Source: Candidatus Woesearchaeota archaeon (GTDB lineage: Archaea; Nanobdellota; Nanobdellia; Pacearchaeales; GW2011-AR1). From it: 64,000 nucleotides of DNA. The position numbers were made by a program, and so were the translations under genes. The stretch lies in assembly GCA_964598185.1 (NCBI GenBank), contig CAZRAT010000001.1, forward strand, positions 3,419 to 67,418, given 5' to 3'. Shown here piece by piece: positions 38,122-47,878 of this stretch (positions within the stretch are counted from its first letter, which is position 1; each line of letters opens with the position of its first letter). Below the pieces are notes generated by a model. The model was given only the letters and a program-made list of their open reading frames with translations, searched no databases and was not told the DNA's origin.

Positions 38122-38240
38122 TGAGCCTGCACGGATTTGAACCGTGGACCCCTACCTTTCTGAATCGTATATCGGTTCTAAAGAAACGAACTCGTTTGTA
38201 CTTATCAGAGTAGTGCTCTGCCAGACTGAGCTACAGGCTC
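38122..38240 (-). tRNA. tRNA-Ile (anticodon GAT) with a ~45-nt intron; CCA not encoded
   Basis: Reverse complement gives GAGCCTG-TA-GCTCAGTCTGGCAGAGC-A-CTACT-CTGATAA-[intron GTACAAACGAG...CAGAAA]-GGTAG-GGGTC-CACGGTTCAAATCCGTG-CAGGCTC-A. Confidence 0.8.
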
Positions 38241-38261
38241 ATATAGTATCGAGCAAAATGA

Positions 38262-38280
38262 GATACTATTTAAAATTTAT
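38262..38280 (-). promoter_or_regulatory. Putative TATA box/BRE for tRNA-Ile (minus-strand AAATTTTAAATAG, about 27-35 nt upstream of the tRNA 5' end)
   Basis: AT-rich TTTTAAATA element at the typical archaeal spacing. Confidence 0.35.
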
Positions 38281-38457
38281 GTATGTGAAGGATGACAGTC
38301 AGACAAAGATATTAAACAGCGACAAATTTTAAGAATCAATAACAGATTTTCACTGACCTAATTTAGCTACAGGATCACATATAAATCATATAATTAAGTT
38401 ATTTATCAATTTTGTTAACCCCAAAACCTTTAAAAATTAAAATTCTCTCAACATTTC

Positions 38458-39063
38458 ATGGTAGAAGAAAAACCAAAGGAAAATCTAAAAGGAGTAAAAG
38501 GACTTTATCATTATTTAAGGCAAGCGTGGAAAAAACCTGACAAAAAAACTCTTCGAGAAAGAATGATTGCGTGGAGGAAATCAGGAGTGTTCACAAAAGT
38601 TGACAAACCACTTAGATTAGATAGAGCAAGAACCCTTGGATACAAAGACAAAAAAGGATTTGTCGTAATAAGAATTCGATTGAAGAGAGGAGGTCACAAA
38701 AGACCACGACCAAACAAAGGTAGAAGATCTAAAAGACTTCACACTAGAAAAAATTTAAAAATGAATTACAAATGGATTGCAGAACAAAGAGTTGAAAGAA
38801 AATATAAAAATCTTGTAGTTCTAAATTCATATCCAATTGGAAAAGACGGAATTCATTATTTCTACGAAGTAATTTGTGTTGACCCAACAAAACCAGAAAT
38901 AAAAAATGACAAAACAATGAAATGGGTTTGTGAACCTACAAACAAAAAAAGAGCAATGAGGGGATTAACTTCTGCAGGAAAAAAATCTAGAGGATTAAGA
39001 AGTAAAAATCCAATGAATAAATCACGTCCAAGTATGAGAGCTGGTGGAAGAAAAGGAAAATAA
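38458..39063 (+). CDS. rpl15e: 50S ribosomal protein L15e
   Basis: 201 aa; RLGYKDKKGFVVIRIRLKRGGHKRPRP...YFYEVICVDP...RGLTSAGKKSRGL matches the L15e consensus; a TTTAAAAATT box lies 30 nt upstream. Confidence 0.9.
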   Translation: MVEEKPKENLKGVKGLYHYLRQAWKKPDKKTLRERMIAWRKSGVFTKVDKPLRLDRARTLGYKDKKGFVVIRIRLKRGGHKRPRPNKGRRSKRLHTRKNLKMNYKWIAEQRVERKYKNLVVLNSYPIGKDGIHYFYEVICVDPTKPEIKNDKTMKWVCEPTNKKRAMRGLTSAGKKSRGLRSKNPMNKSRPSMRAGGRKGK

Positions 39064-39327
39064 ATGAAAAAATCATTCACAACGGAACAAGCAAAAGAAA
39101 TTGGTGAACAAATAGGAATCAAGTGGGACAAATTTGATATTGAACAATTTCGTATAGGGATGGACGTTGAACTTGAACACGGAACTATTGATTCTAACAC
39201 AAATGTCACAGACGATGATCCATTAACAACAGGCAAAATCGCATTAGCACATCTAAACGAATTCCCAGATTACTATACCAGACTTGACAAAATGGAAAAA
39301 GAAGGGGACAAGTTTTGGAAGAAATAA
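39064..39327 (+). CDS. Hypothetical small acidic protein
   Basis: 87-aa ORF starting at the L15e stop (TAAATG). Confidence 0.3.
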   Translation: MKKSFTTEQAKEIGEQIGIKWDKFDIEQFRIGMDVELEHGTIDSNTNVTDDDPLTTGKIALAHLNEFPDYYTRLDKMEKEGDKFWKK

Positions 39328-39357
39328 TCTTAAAAACACCTTCTTCTTAAAATAAAT

Positions 39358-39588
39358 ATGGTGATAAATCTCTTTCAAATAATTGGTACATTAGGATTAA
39401 TCTCTATAATTAATGGAACTTTTTTGTTGACAAAAAAATCAAGAAAAAGAAAAACAATTTTCGCTTTTCTATTATTAGGAGGAATTTTATTAGAAATTTA
39501 TAGTATCTACATAAAAGACCCAATCTTTATAATTCTTCAAGCAGTTTACATAATTGTAGCAATCTACGGATGGTTAAAAATAAAATGA
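39358..39588 (+). CDS. Small membrane protein
   Basis: 76 aa with two hydrophobic helices. Confidence 0.25.
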   Translation: MVINLFQIIGTLGLISIINGTFLLTKKSRKRKTIFAFLLLGGILLEIYSIYIKDPIFIILQAVYIIVAIYGWLKIK

Positions 39589-41288
39589 ACTATCTAAAAC
39601 TCGCACAACTTTATGAAGAATTGTCCTCAACAACAAAAAGACTTGAAAAAATAAAAATACTTTCTAAATTCCTTGTACACCTTTCAGATAAAGACAATGA
39701 ACTAATGTATTTATTACAAGGAGACATTTACCCAGAATATGATGAAAGAAGAATTGGTATAAGCAACCAGTTAGCAATAAAAGCTATTTCAAAAGCAACA
39801 GGAACAAACCCAAAAAAAATAATCCAAGAATGGAAATCCGTCGGAGACTTAGGAAAAACTTCTGAAAAATTCACCTTGCACAAAAAACAATCAACACTTC
39901 ATTCACATATTGTAACTACTGAAAAAGTTTTAGAGAACCTAAGAAAACTCCCTGAATTAGAAGGCAAAGGAACAGTGAACAAAAAACTCGCTCTAATCAC
40001 AGAACTCTTAACATCTGCCGAACCCTTAGAAGCCAAATATTTAATCAGAACATTAATCGGGGACTTAAGAATTGGTGTTCAAGAAAGCACAATAAGAGAA
40101 GCAATCTCTTCGGCATTTTTTGATAGAGACAAACACGCATCTGAAATAATCCAAAGAGCAATTGATAAATCAAATGATGTTGCAGAAGTTTTTGATATTG
40201 CTAAAAAAGGTAAAATAAAAGAACTAGAAAAAATAAAACTCCAAGTTGGAAAACCTATCAAAGCCATGTTGGCTCAAAAAGTAAATACAATTAAAGACGG
40301 ATTTAAAGAAGTCGGTCAGCCTTGTGCAATAGAATACAAATATGATGGTTTCAGACTCCTTATCCATAAAAATTCAGAAGGAATAAAATTATTTACAAGA
40401 AGTTTAGAAAATGTCACAAAACAATTTCCAGAAATTGTAGAATACATTGAAAAATATGTTAAAGGAAAATCATTTATCTTAGATTCCGAGGCTGTTGGAT
40501 TTGATAAAAAAACAAAAGAATACAAAGTTTTCCAAGATATTAGTCAGAGAATTAGAAGAAAACACAATATTGAAAGATTACAAAATAAACTTCCAGTAGA
40601 AGTAAATGTTTTTGATATACTTCATTATAATGGAAAATCCCAATTAGATGAACCTTTTGAAAAAAGAACAGCAATAATAAAAAAGATAGTCGAGAATCAT
40701 CCTTACAAAATAATTTGTGCTAAACAAATCACAACTAGTGATGAAAAAAAAGCAAAAGAATTCTACAAAGAAGCATTAAAAAATAATCAAGAAGGAGTTA
40801 TGATGAAAAATCTTAAAGCAGAATATAAACCAGGGAGGAGAGTTGGACATATGATTAAAATAAAACCTGAAGAAAAAGATTTAGATTTAGTAATAACTGG
40901 CGCAGAATATGGAACAGGAAAAAGAAGTGGTTGGTTATCAAGTTTTATACTTTCATGTAAAGAAAATGGAAAATATTTAGAAATTGGAAAAGTTGGCACA
41001 GGCATCAAAGAGAAATCTGAACAAGGAATTTCTTTTGAAGAATTAACCAAACTACTAAAACCATTAATCACAAAAGAAAAAGGGAGACATGTAGAAATAA
41101 AACCAAAAATTGTCGTCTCAGTAACTTATCAAGAAATACAAAAGTCCCAAAACTATGATTCGGGTTTTGCTTTAAGATTTCCAAGATTTACTGCACTCAG
41201 ATTAGACAAACCACTTTCAGAAATAGCAAACATAAATGAAATAAAAAAAGATTTTGAAAAACAAAAAAGAAATTATCATTACGGGTAA
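39570..41288 (+). CDS. lig: ATP-dependent DNA ligase
   Basis: 572 aa; adenylation motif I AIEYKYDGFR and a C-terminal OB domain. Confidence 0.9.
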   Translation: MVKNKMNYLKLAQLYEELSSTTKRLEKIKILSKFLVHLSDKDNELMYLLQGDIYPEYDERRIGISNQLAIKAISKATGTNPKKIIQEWKSVGDLGKTSEKFTLHKKQSTLHSHIVTTEKVLENLRKLPELEGKGTVNKKLALITELLTSAEPLEAKYLIRTLIGDLRIGVQESTIREAISSAFFDRDKHASEIIQRAIDKSNDVAEVFDIAKKGKIKELEKIKLQVGKPIKAMLAQKVNTIKDGFKEVGQPCAIEYKYDGFRLLIHKNSEGIKLFTRSLENVTKQFPEIVEYIEKYVKGKSFILDSEAVGFDKKTKEYKVFQDISQRIRRKHNIERLQNKLPVEVNVFDILHYNGKSQLDEPFEKRTAIIKKIVENHPYKIICAKQITTSDEKKAKEFYKEALKNNQEGVMMKNLKAEYKPGRRVGHMIKIKPEEKDLDLVITGAEYGTGKRSGWLSSFILSCKENGKYLEIGKVGTGIKEKSEQGISFEELTKLLKPLITKEKGRHVEIKPKIVVSVTYQEIQKSQNYDSGFALRFPRFTALRLDKPLSEIANINEIKKDFEKQKRNYHYG

Positions 41289-41321
41289 ATTTATAAACTA
41301 ATTTTCATTTAAAAACCCAAT

Positions 41322-41888
41322 ATGGTAGGAAAAAAGTCCAAAAGCGATTATAAAATTCAAAACATCGTTGCTACAACTTCTTTAGGAAAACCAATTCCTT
41401 TAACAAAACTAGCAAGAACACAGCCAAACACAGAATACAATCCTGAAACATTTCCAGGTCTTGTTCTAAGAGTAAAGGAACCGAAATCTGCTGTCCTTGT
41501 TTTTTCTTCAGGAAATCTTGTTTGCACAGGAACAAAATCAGTTTCTCAAGTGAGACAAGTAATTCAAGCAGTAATAAAACAACTAAGAAAAATAAGCGTC
41601 AACATAACAATAAAACCTGTAATAACGGTTCAAAATATTGTTGCTTCAGGCACAATTAATCTCAAACTTAATTTAAATTTTCTGGCATTAGAAATGCAAA
41701 ACACAGAATATGAGCCAGAACAATTTCCAGGTCTTGTCTATAAATTAATAGAACCAAATGCAACATTCTTACTTTTTAGCAATGGAAAACTTGTTTGCAC
41801 AGGAACAAAAAACAAGCAACAACTAGAAATTAGCATGCAACAACTTCTAAAAAATGTCAAAACTGCTTTGAAGAATTATAAGAAATAA
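41322..41888 (+). CDS. tbp: TATA-box binding protein
   Basis: 188 aa; two repeats QNIVATTSLGKPI...FPGLVLR / QNIVASGTINLKL...FPGLVYK. Confidence 0.9.
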   Translation: MVGKKSKSDYKIQNIVATTSLGKPIPLTKLARTQPNTEYNPETFPGLVLRVKEPKSAVLVFSSGNLVCTGTKSVSQVRQVIQAVIKQLRKISVNITIKPVITVQNIVASGTINLKLNLNFLALEMQNTEYEPEQFPGLVYKLIEPNATFLLFSNGKLVCTGTKNKQQLEISMQQLLKNVKTALKNYKK

Positions 41889-41980
41889 TTATTTAAAACC
41901 ACTAAAAAGTAATCCTATTTTTCTAAAACTACTTAATAATCCACATAAATTTATAAAAACTCTCCCCTATTTTTTTAGCT

Positions 41981-44011
41981 ATGGAAGAAGAGGAAGACCA
42001 ACCAAGACCAAAAAACGAGGAATTAATGATTGAGGCAAAAAATTTCTTTGAATCTTACAAAAAAGAATTAGGAGAATCTTTGAAAAAAGCAGACAATGTT
42101 ATTTATTTGGATTTTATTAAATTGACCGAATTCTCAAACAAACTTGCAGATGAAATACTTTCAAATCCAGAAGAAACTCTAAGTCTTATTGAACAAGCTG
42201 TTGAAGAATCAGGCCTTGTAAAAAACTCCAGAATAAGATTAAAGAATTTACCAAAAATACAAGAGATGAAAATAAGGAACATTCGTTCAAAGCACCTAAA
42301 TGAATTAATCGTTATAGAAGGAATTATTCGTCAAGCTTCAGATGTCTTGCCCCAAGTTGTAAATGCAAAATTCGAGTGCCCAAGTTGCGGAACAGTTATC
42401 TCTGTTTTACAAATTGAAAAAAAATTCAGAGAACCAGCAAGATGCTCGTGCGGAAGAAGGGGCGGGTTCAAATTACTTTCAAAAGAAATGGTTGACACTC
42501 AAAGATTAGTAATTGAAGAATCTCCTGAATCTTTAATGGGGGGAGAACAGCCAAAAAGAATTGATACTTTTGTAAAAGAAGATTTAGTTGAACCGCGAAT
42601 GGAAGAAAAAACAACTCCTGGCGCGCGAATAAAAATCATCGGCATATTAAAAGAAGTTCCTGTGCCCTTATCAACAGGAGGTTTATCAACAAGATTTGCT
42701 CTGGCTGTTGAAGTAAACAACATAATTCCCTTGGAAGAAACTTTTGAAGAATTAGATATAAGCGAGGAAGATGAAAAACAAATTTTAGAATTATCCGAAG
42801 ACCCAGAAGTATTTGAAAAATTAGCAAGAAGTATAACTCCAAGTGTTTGGGGTTATGAAGAAATAAAAAGATCTTTAGTTTTACAATTATTTTCAGGCGT
42901 GCAAAAAGTTTATGCAGACGGACAAAAAAGCAGAGGAGACATCCACATTTTATTAATCGGCGACCCAGGTGTAGCAAAATCAGTAACCTTGGGATTTATG
43001 GCAAACATTTCCCCAAAAGGAAGATATGTTGTGGGCAAATCAGCCTCCGGGGCAGGACTAACCGCAACCGTGGTGAGAGACGAGTATCTAAGGGGTTGGA
43101 GTTTAGAAGCAGGAGCAATGGTATTAGCAAACAAAGGGCTTGTCTGCATAGATGAATTAGAAAAAATGGACCCAGGTGACAGAAGCGCCATGCACGAGGC
43201 AATGGAACAGCAAACTGTGACAATCTCAAAAGCTAATGTGCAAGCAACACTTCGTTCAGAAACGTCTGTCCTTGCCGCCGCAAACCCAAAATTCGGAAGA
43301 TTCGACCCATACCAATCAATAGCACAACAAATTGACTTGCCCCCAACACTAATCAACAGGTTCGATGTTATATTTACATTAAGAGATTTACCAGACAAAG
43401 AAAAAGACAGCAGAATTGCAAGCCATGTTTTATTAGAACATAGAAAACAAGGAGAAACAATGCTTATTCCAAGAGACTTATTTAGAAAGTACATTGCTTA
43501 TTCCAAACAAAGAATAAAACCACAATTAAGCGACGAGGCTGTTGCAGAAATAAAAAAATTCTATGTTGATTTAAGAAACAAACCTGTTTCATCAGATAGT
43601 GCAACAAGACCAATCCCAATTTCAGCCAGGCAGTTGCAAGCACTCATTAGATTGTCTGAAGCCTCAGCAAAAGTAAAACTAAGAGAAATAGTTACAAAAG
43701 AAGATGCTCAAATAGCAATTGGAATCATAAAATATTATTTAACCCAAGTTGGTTATGATTACGAATCCAAAACTTTTGACATTGATAAAATTACATTAGG
43801 TAGAACAGCTTCACAAAGAAATAAAGTGTTTATCGTAAGAGACTTAATAACAGAACTTGAAGACAAAATGGGAAAATTAATTCCTATTGAAGAAATTGAA
43901 AAAGAAATCAAAGACAAATTAACCAAAACAGAATTAGAAGACGCAATCACCGAACTTGTAAAAAACAGCATTATTTTCAAACCACGAAGAGGTTATGTTC
44001 AGAAGATGTAA
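41981..44011 (+). CDS. mcm: MCM replicative helicase
   Basis: 676 aa; Zn finger CPSCG...CSCG, Walker A GDPGVAKS, Walker B CIDELEKM, arginine finger SARQ, C-terminal winged helix. Confidence 0.9.
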   Translation: MEEEEDQPRPKNEELMIEAKNFFESYKKELGESLKKADNVIYLDFIKLTEFSNKLADEILSNPEETLSLIEQAVEESGLVKNSRIRLKNLPKIQEMKIRNIRSKHLNELIVIEGIIRQASDVLPQVVNAKFECPSCGTVISVLQIEKKFREPARCSCGRRGGFKLLSKEMVDTQRLVIEESPESLMGGEQPKRIDTFVKEDLVEPRMEEKTTPGARIKIIGILKEVPVPLSTGGLSTRFALAVEVNNIIPLEETFEELDISEEDEKQILELSEDPEVFEKLARSITPSVWGYEEIKRSLVLQLFSGVQKVYADGQKSRGDIHILLIGDPGVAKSVTLGFMANISPKGRYVVGKSASGAGLTATVVRDEYLRGWSLEAGAMVLANKGLVCIDELEKMDPGDRSAMHEAMEQQTVTISKANVQATLRSETSVLAAANPKFGRFDPYQSIAQQIDLPPTLINRFDVIFTLRDLPDKEKDSRIASHVLLEHRKQGETMLIPRDLFRKYIAYSKQRIKPQLSDEAVAEIKKFYVDLRNKPVSSDSATRPIPISARQLQALIRLSEASAKVKLREIVTKEDAQIAIGIIKYYLTQVGYDYESKTFDIDKITLGRTASQRNKVFIVRDLITELEDKMGKLIPIEEIEKEIKDKLTKTELEDAITELVKNSIIFKPRRGYVQKM

Positions 44012-44212
44012 AAGTTTGATTAAAAGGGGTTATATTCTATTTTAGGGAGAATCATAAATAAACTTATGATTCCATGTTATTGCTTGGCTTCGCCCAAATT
44101 TTAATTCTTCTTTTCCTCCCGCCCTAACAAGAGGAGAGATAAGCCCGCATCCTTCGGACAAATAGTCTAGGCTTAACTCAGTAGAAAAGAATATAAGTTA
44201 TGATTCTTAAGA

Positions 44213-44692
44213 ATGGCTATAGATGTAATTATAAAAACTGCAACAATGGAGGATATAAAAAAGATTCAAGAATTAAGTTTTAAATTATCTAAAAAAGAGC
44301 AAAAAGAATATGATTCTTTATTGGATTTAAGAAAAGACGAATCTAAGCACTATAAAGATAGAATTTCTCAAGATGATAGCTGTGTTTTTGTTGCTATTGT
44401 CAATAAAAAGATTATTGGTTATTTATGTGGAAAATTAGCTAAAACCGGATCTTTCGGACGATTACCTACCGTCTCTGTCGCTGAAATAGAAACCTTCTTT
44501 GTTTTAGATAAGTTTAGATCTAAAGGAATCGGCAAAAAACTATATGAAAAATTTATTGAATGGTGTAAGGCAAAAAAGGTAAACAAAGCAAGATTAGATG
44601 TGCATCATCAAAACAAATTGACATTAAAATTTTATAGAAAAAACAATTTTGAAGATTATTATTTAACCTTAGAAAAAGATTTTCTTTTTTAG
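44213..44692 (+). CDS. GNAT-family N-acetyltransferase
   Basis: 159 aa; acetyl-CoA-binding motif FRSKGIGKKLYEKFIEW. Confidence 0.7.
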   Translation: MAIDVIIKTATMEDIKKIQELSFKLSKKEQKEYDSLLDLRKDESKHYKDRISQDDSCVFVAIVNKKIIGYLCGKLAKTGSFGRLPTVSVAEIETFFVLDKFRSKGIGKKLYEKFIEWCKAKKVNKARLDVHHQNKLTLKFYRKNNFEDYYLTLEKDFLF

Positions 44693-44871
44693 AAAAAAGA
44701 AACAAAAAGCAGGCTTATCTCTCCAATACATTGGTCGTCCCACCTCCTCCCCAACCTGAAAAGAAAAATTAAAACTCTGCGAAAATCAAAGATTTTCTTG
44801 CCACGCCTTGCAGGATTCTCCATCCAAAAAATCTCATAAAAACTTATAAACCATAAACTATTTTTCTTCAT

Positions 44872-45501
44872 ATGACCGAACAACAACAATTCAAACGAAA
44901 CATTGCATTTAAATTAAGAATTGGAGATGTCTTAATGGGAAAACCAATAACGGAAGGAGAAAGGTTTTCAAATTTAGAATTGGGAGATAAAAAAATTGTC
45001 AGAGTAAATGTAATCGGCAACATTGTTGACAAATACAACAGCGAAGGTGAAACAAAATTCACTTCATTAACTTTTGACGATGGTTCAGGCCAGATAAAAT
45101 TAAAATTCTTTGGAGATGATGTAGAAAAATTCAAAGAAGTTTCCCAAGGGCAAACTGTCTTAGTTATCGGGGTTCTAAGAAACTGGAACAATGAAACTTA
45201 TATCCAACCAGAGATAATAAAAGAACAAGACACAAAATACCTTCTTGTCAGAAAACTTGAAATTGAAAAAGAAAAAAACAAAACACCAGACCCTGTTGGA
45301 AGAGACCAAATTGTCGCAGTCAAAGACAAAATACTTAATACAATCAAAAACGCAGAAGAAGACGGGGGAATTGAAATGGACAAAGTAATCATGAATTTAA
45401 GAGACATCTCCCCAACAATCATAAACCAAGAAGTCCAAAAACTACTTGAAGAAGGAATTGTGTTTGAACCAAGACCTGGAAGAGTTAGATATTTAGGTTA
45501 A
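44872..45501 (+). CDS. OB-fold ssDNA-binding protein with a C-terminal winged helix (RPA2/RPA32-like)
   Basis: 209 aa; OB core VRVNVIGNIV...QTVLVIGVLRNWNNETYI followed by a winged helix; sits near MCM. Confidence 0.4.
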   Translation: MTEQQQFKRNIAFKLRIGDVLMGKPITEGERFSNLELGDKKIVRVNVIGNIVDKYNSEGETKFTSLTFDDGSGQIKLKFFGDDVEKFKEVSQGQTVLVIGVLRNWNNETYIQPEIIKEQDTKYLLVRKLEIEKEKNKTPDPVGRDQIVAVKDKILNTIKNAEEDGGIEMDKVIMNLRDISPTIINQEVQKLLEEGIVFEPRPGRVRYLG

Positions 45502-45511
45502 ATTTATTTAA

Positions 45512-45910
45512 TTAAGAATAATTTTTTTCTAATGTAAAATGCCTGTTTCTCCCAAGGTATGAAACAAAAGACAAAAATAAGGAATCATTTTGTACGAAGG
45601 GGGCATTTAATTTTCGGGTTTCATATTCCTCACCAAATTGAATCGCTTTTTGTTCATAAGAATCATCTTTTAAAGTCATAAAACCAGAATCTATAAGCAA
45701 ATTTATTAGTGCAACTTGTGAACCAGAAGATTTCTTATTTATGGAAATTCCAAGATCTTCATGTAAAGAAGTAGCACAATCGTCAAAAACTTCTTTAACT
45801 AATTTTTCCACTTCTCCTATTCTTTTTTTTCTAGCCACAGTTTCAGAAGTTACATCCCTGATTTTCATAAAAAATAAAGAAGTGGCAAGTTTATAAAAAT
45901 TTATATTCAA
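45512..45910 (-). CDS. Hypothetical protein
   Basis: 132-aa ORF. Confidence 0.25.
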   Translation of the reverse strand: MNINFYKLATSLFFMKIRDVTSETVARKKRIGEVEKLVKEVFDDCATSLHEDLGISINKKSSGSQVALINLLIDSGFMTLKDDSYEQKAIQFGEEYETRKLNAPFVQNDSLFLSFVSYLGRNRHFTLEKNYS

Positions 45911-45915
45911 AAGAA

Positions 45916-46539
45916 TTATTTCTTTTTATTCTTAACAGGCTTCCCAAACTTTTTATTAAACCAATAAGCCAAAAATATAACTGCTACCAAACCTAATAAA
46001 GAAATTATAAATCTAAACAATTCTCCTCCATATTGCCAATAACTTCCAGCACCATAAACTAAAGTTCCAACTCCTCCACCCATTAATCCTGCTCCAACTG
46101 CCTCAAGGTGAAAAAGAAATCCTCCAATCAATAAAATCAAAATTCCAAAAGGCAAAGCAACATAAAAAATCTTTTTTGCCCGTTCTTCTCGCGCATCATC
46201 ATAATTTTGTCTACAAGTAAAATCCCTATCACAAAAACCCTCTGCACCTTCAACAGGCTTCACAGCCTCATAAACACTCCACTTGCCCCCAATCTCCTCG
46301 CACCTTTCTTGAGTCTGAATTACTTCTTGTGTTTTCACATCTCCACAAAAATCCTCATATTGTTGAATAGGATAAAAAACACTAATACCATTAATAGTCA
46401 CAAAAATCGTCAATACAACAATTGCAATTCCAAGAATAATGTTCTTCAAACTCATAAAAAATAAAAGACAAAACATTTTATAAACTCTTCTACTACAATT
46501 AAAATATGACAAACTATGAAGAATTACTTGAACAAGCAT
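45916..46539 (-). CDS. Membrane protein with a Cys-rich extracytoplasmic segment
   Basis: 207 aa; N-terminal TM, several Cys residues, C-terminal TM. Confidence 0.3.
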   Translation of the reverse strand: MLVQVILHSLSYFNCSRRVYKMFCLLFFMSLKNIILGIAIVVLTIFVTINGISVFYPIQQYEDFCGDVKTQEVIQTQERCEEIGGKWSVYEAVKPVEGAEGFCDRDFTCRQNYDDAREERAKKIFYVALPFGILILLIGGFLFHLEAVGAGLMGGGVGTLVYGAGSYWQYGGELFRFIISLLGLVAVIFLAYWFNKKFGKPVKNKKK

Positions 46540-46916
46540 ACGAAAAAGTGAAACAAGTTGATAATTCTAGCGAAAGATTTAAAATTCCACAAGTTGAAGG
46601 GCATTTTGAAGGAAGAAAGACAGTTTTGACAAACTTTTTCCAAATCGCTTCTCATCTAAGAAGAAAACCAGAACATTTTCAAAAATTTCTCTTAAAAGAA
46701 CTCGCAGCATCAGGACAACAAGAAGAAGACAGACTCATCTTAAATATAAAAGTTTCAAGCGCAAAAATAAATCAGAAAATAGAACAATATGTCAAGGAAT
46801 TCATTCTATGCAAAGAATGCGGAAAACCAGATACAGAATTAACAAAAGAAGACAGACTAACATTTATTAATTGCCTGGCGTGTGGAGCAAAACACAGTGT
46901 AAGGAGTAAAATCTAA
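46506..46916 (+). CDS. eif2b: Translation initiation factor aIF2 beta subunit
   Basis: 136 aa; C-terminal C4 Zn ribbon CKECGKPDTEL...CLACGAKH and the eIF2-beta/eIF5 core. Confidence 0.8.
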   Translation: MTNYEELLEQAYEKVKQVDNSSERFKIPQVEGHFEGRKTVLTNFFQIASHLRRKPEHFQKFLLKELAASGQQEEDRLILNIKVSSAKINQKIEQYVKEFILCKECGKPDTELTKEDRLTFINCLACGAKHSVRSKI

Positions 46917-46964
46917 ATCAAAAACCTTATAAAACAAATTCTCTTAGAAAATAAAAGATTCATA

Positions 46965-46996
46965 CCCTAAAAATTTAGGGGTACACCAAGTGGTGT
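46965..46996 (-). repeat. Palindromic mini-element, truncated intergenic copy lacking the central hairpin
   Basis: CCCTAAAAATTTAGGGGTACACCAAGTGGTGT: conserved GGGGTAC plus ACACC/GGTGT hairpin and CCCTAAA/TTTAGGG palindrome. Confidence 0.55.
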
Positions 46997-47025
46997 TGAA
47001 TTAAATTAAATTTGAGGTAAAAAAA

Positions 47026-47175
47026 ATGACAGAAGGATATTGTGTTAAGTGTAAAAAAAAGGTTGAAATGCTAAAACCTGTAGAAAGCAAGACCAAAAAA
47101 GGCACAAAAATTGCCAAAGGGAAATGCCCTGACTGCGGAACAACTGTTTGCAGAATGGGTGGGATAACAAAATAA
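47026..47175 (+). CDS. Small Zn-ribbon protein (49 aa); below the ORF-track cutoff
   Basis: MTEGYCVKCKKKVEMLKP...GKCPDCGTTVCRMGGITK with CxxC...CxxC; GAGGT ribosome-binding site 8 nt upstream. Confidence 0.4.
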   Translation: MTEGYCVKCKKKVEMLKPVESKTKKGTKIAKGKCPDCGTTVCRMGGITK

Positions 47176-47260
47176 TTAAATTTATTAATTAATTCTTCCA
47201 GCTAGCCACGCTTTGATAGTCGTTAGTAAAGTTTTTAACTTTACTAATTTTTATTTTTTT

Positions 47261-47560
47261 ATGATTTTAATCAAAATACACAAATCTTATCGGGAAGTGG
47301 TTGCTATTTGTGATTCTAATTTAATTGGAAAAAAATTTGAACAAGGAAAATTCCAATTAGATCTTAAAGAATCTTTTTACAAAGGAGAAGAATACAACGC
47401 AAAAAAAACAAAAGAAATAATTAAAAAAACGTCTGCAGAAGACGCAACTTTTAATATTGTAGGAGAAAAATCAATTCAATGCGCAATCGAAACCGGGATA
47501 TTCACAAAAGAAAACACAAAAAAAATTCAAGGCATTCCTTTTGCATTGGTTTTGATCTAA
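47261..47560 (+). CDS. Conserved archaeal small protein (DUF424-like)
   Basis: Internal ATG start; MILIKIHKSYREVVAICDSNLIGKKFEQGKFQLDLKESFYKGEE...NIVGEKSIQCAIETGI. Confidence 0.4.
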   Translation: MILIKIHKSYREVVAICDSNLIGKKFEQGKFQLDLKESFYKGEEYNAKKTKEIIKKTSAEDATFNIVGEKSIQCAIETGIFTKENTKKIQGIPFALVLI

Positions 47561-47805
47561 ACAATTAATCGGAATTTCTTTTGTTTTTTATCATAAATAA
47601 AAGAATAAGTATTAAGTGTCCCTTCATCTCTTTTGAAAGTCTCTGCACTTGCTTCAGGAAATGTAAAATAACAAAAAGCACCAATAACCAATTCCAAATC
47701 TTTTTTTGCTTCATCTTCTGATTTAAATCCCCAACATGATTGATAGTTCATTTTATTCCAAATCCTATGACCATAAATTTCTTTCATTAGGTTTAACTTA
47801 ATCAA
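47557..47805 (-). CDS. Hypothetical protein
   Basis: 82-aa ORF. Confidence 0.25.
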   Translation of the reverse strand: MIKLNLMKEIYGHRIWNKMNYQSCWGFKSEDEAKKDLELVIGAFCYFTFPEASAETFKRDEGTLNTYSFIYDKKQKKFRLIV

Positions 47806-47878
47806 CTATTTATAATAATTTATATGGTCTACAAATATTTCTCCAAAACTTTATAAAACAAAACCTTCTTCTTTTACT

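Noticed and set aside
47213-47260. Upstream 16 codons of ORF 47213-47560
   Set aside because: This is a hydrophobic, T-rich, likely promoter region; the conserved part starts at the internal Met (47261).
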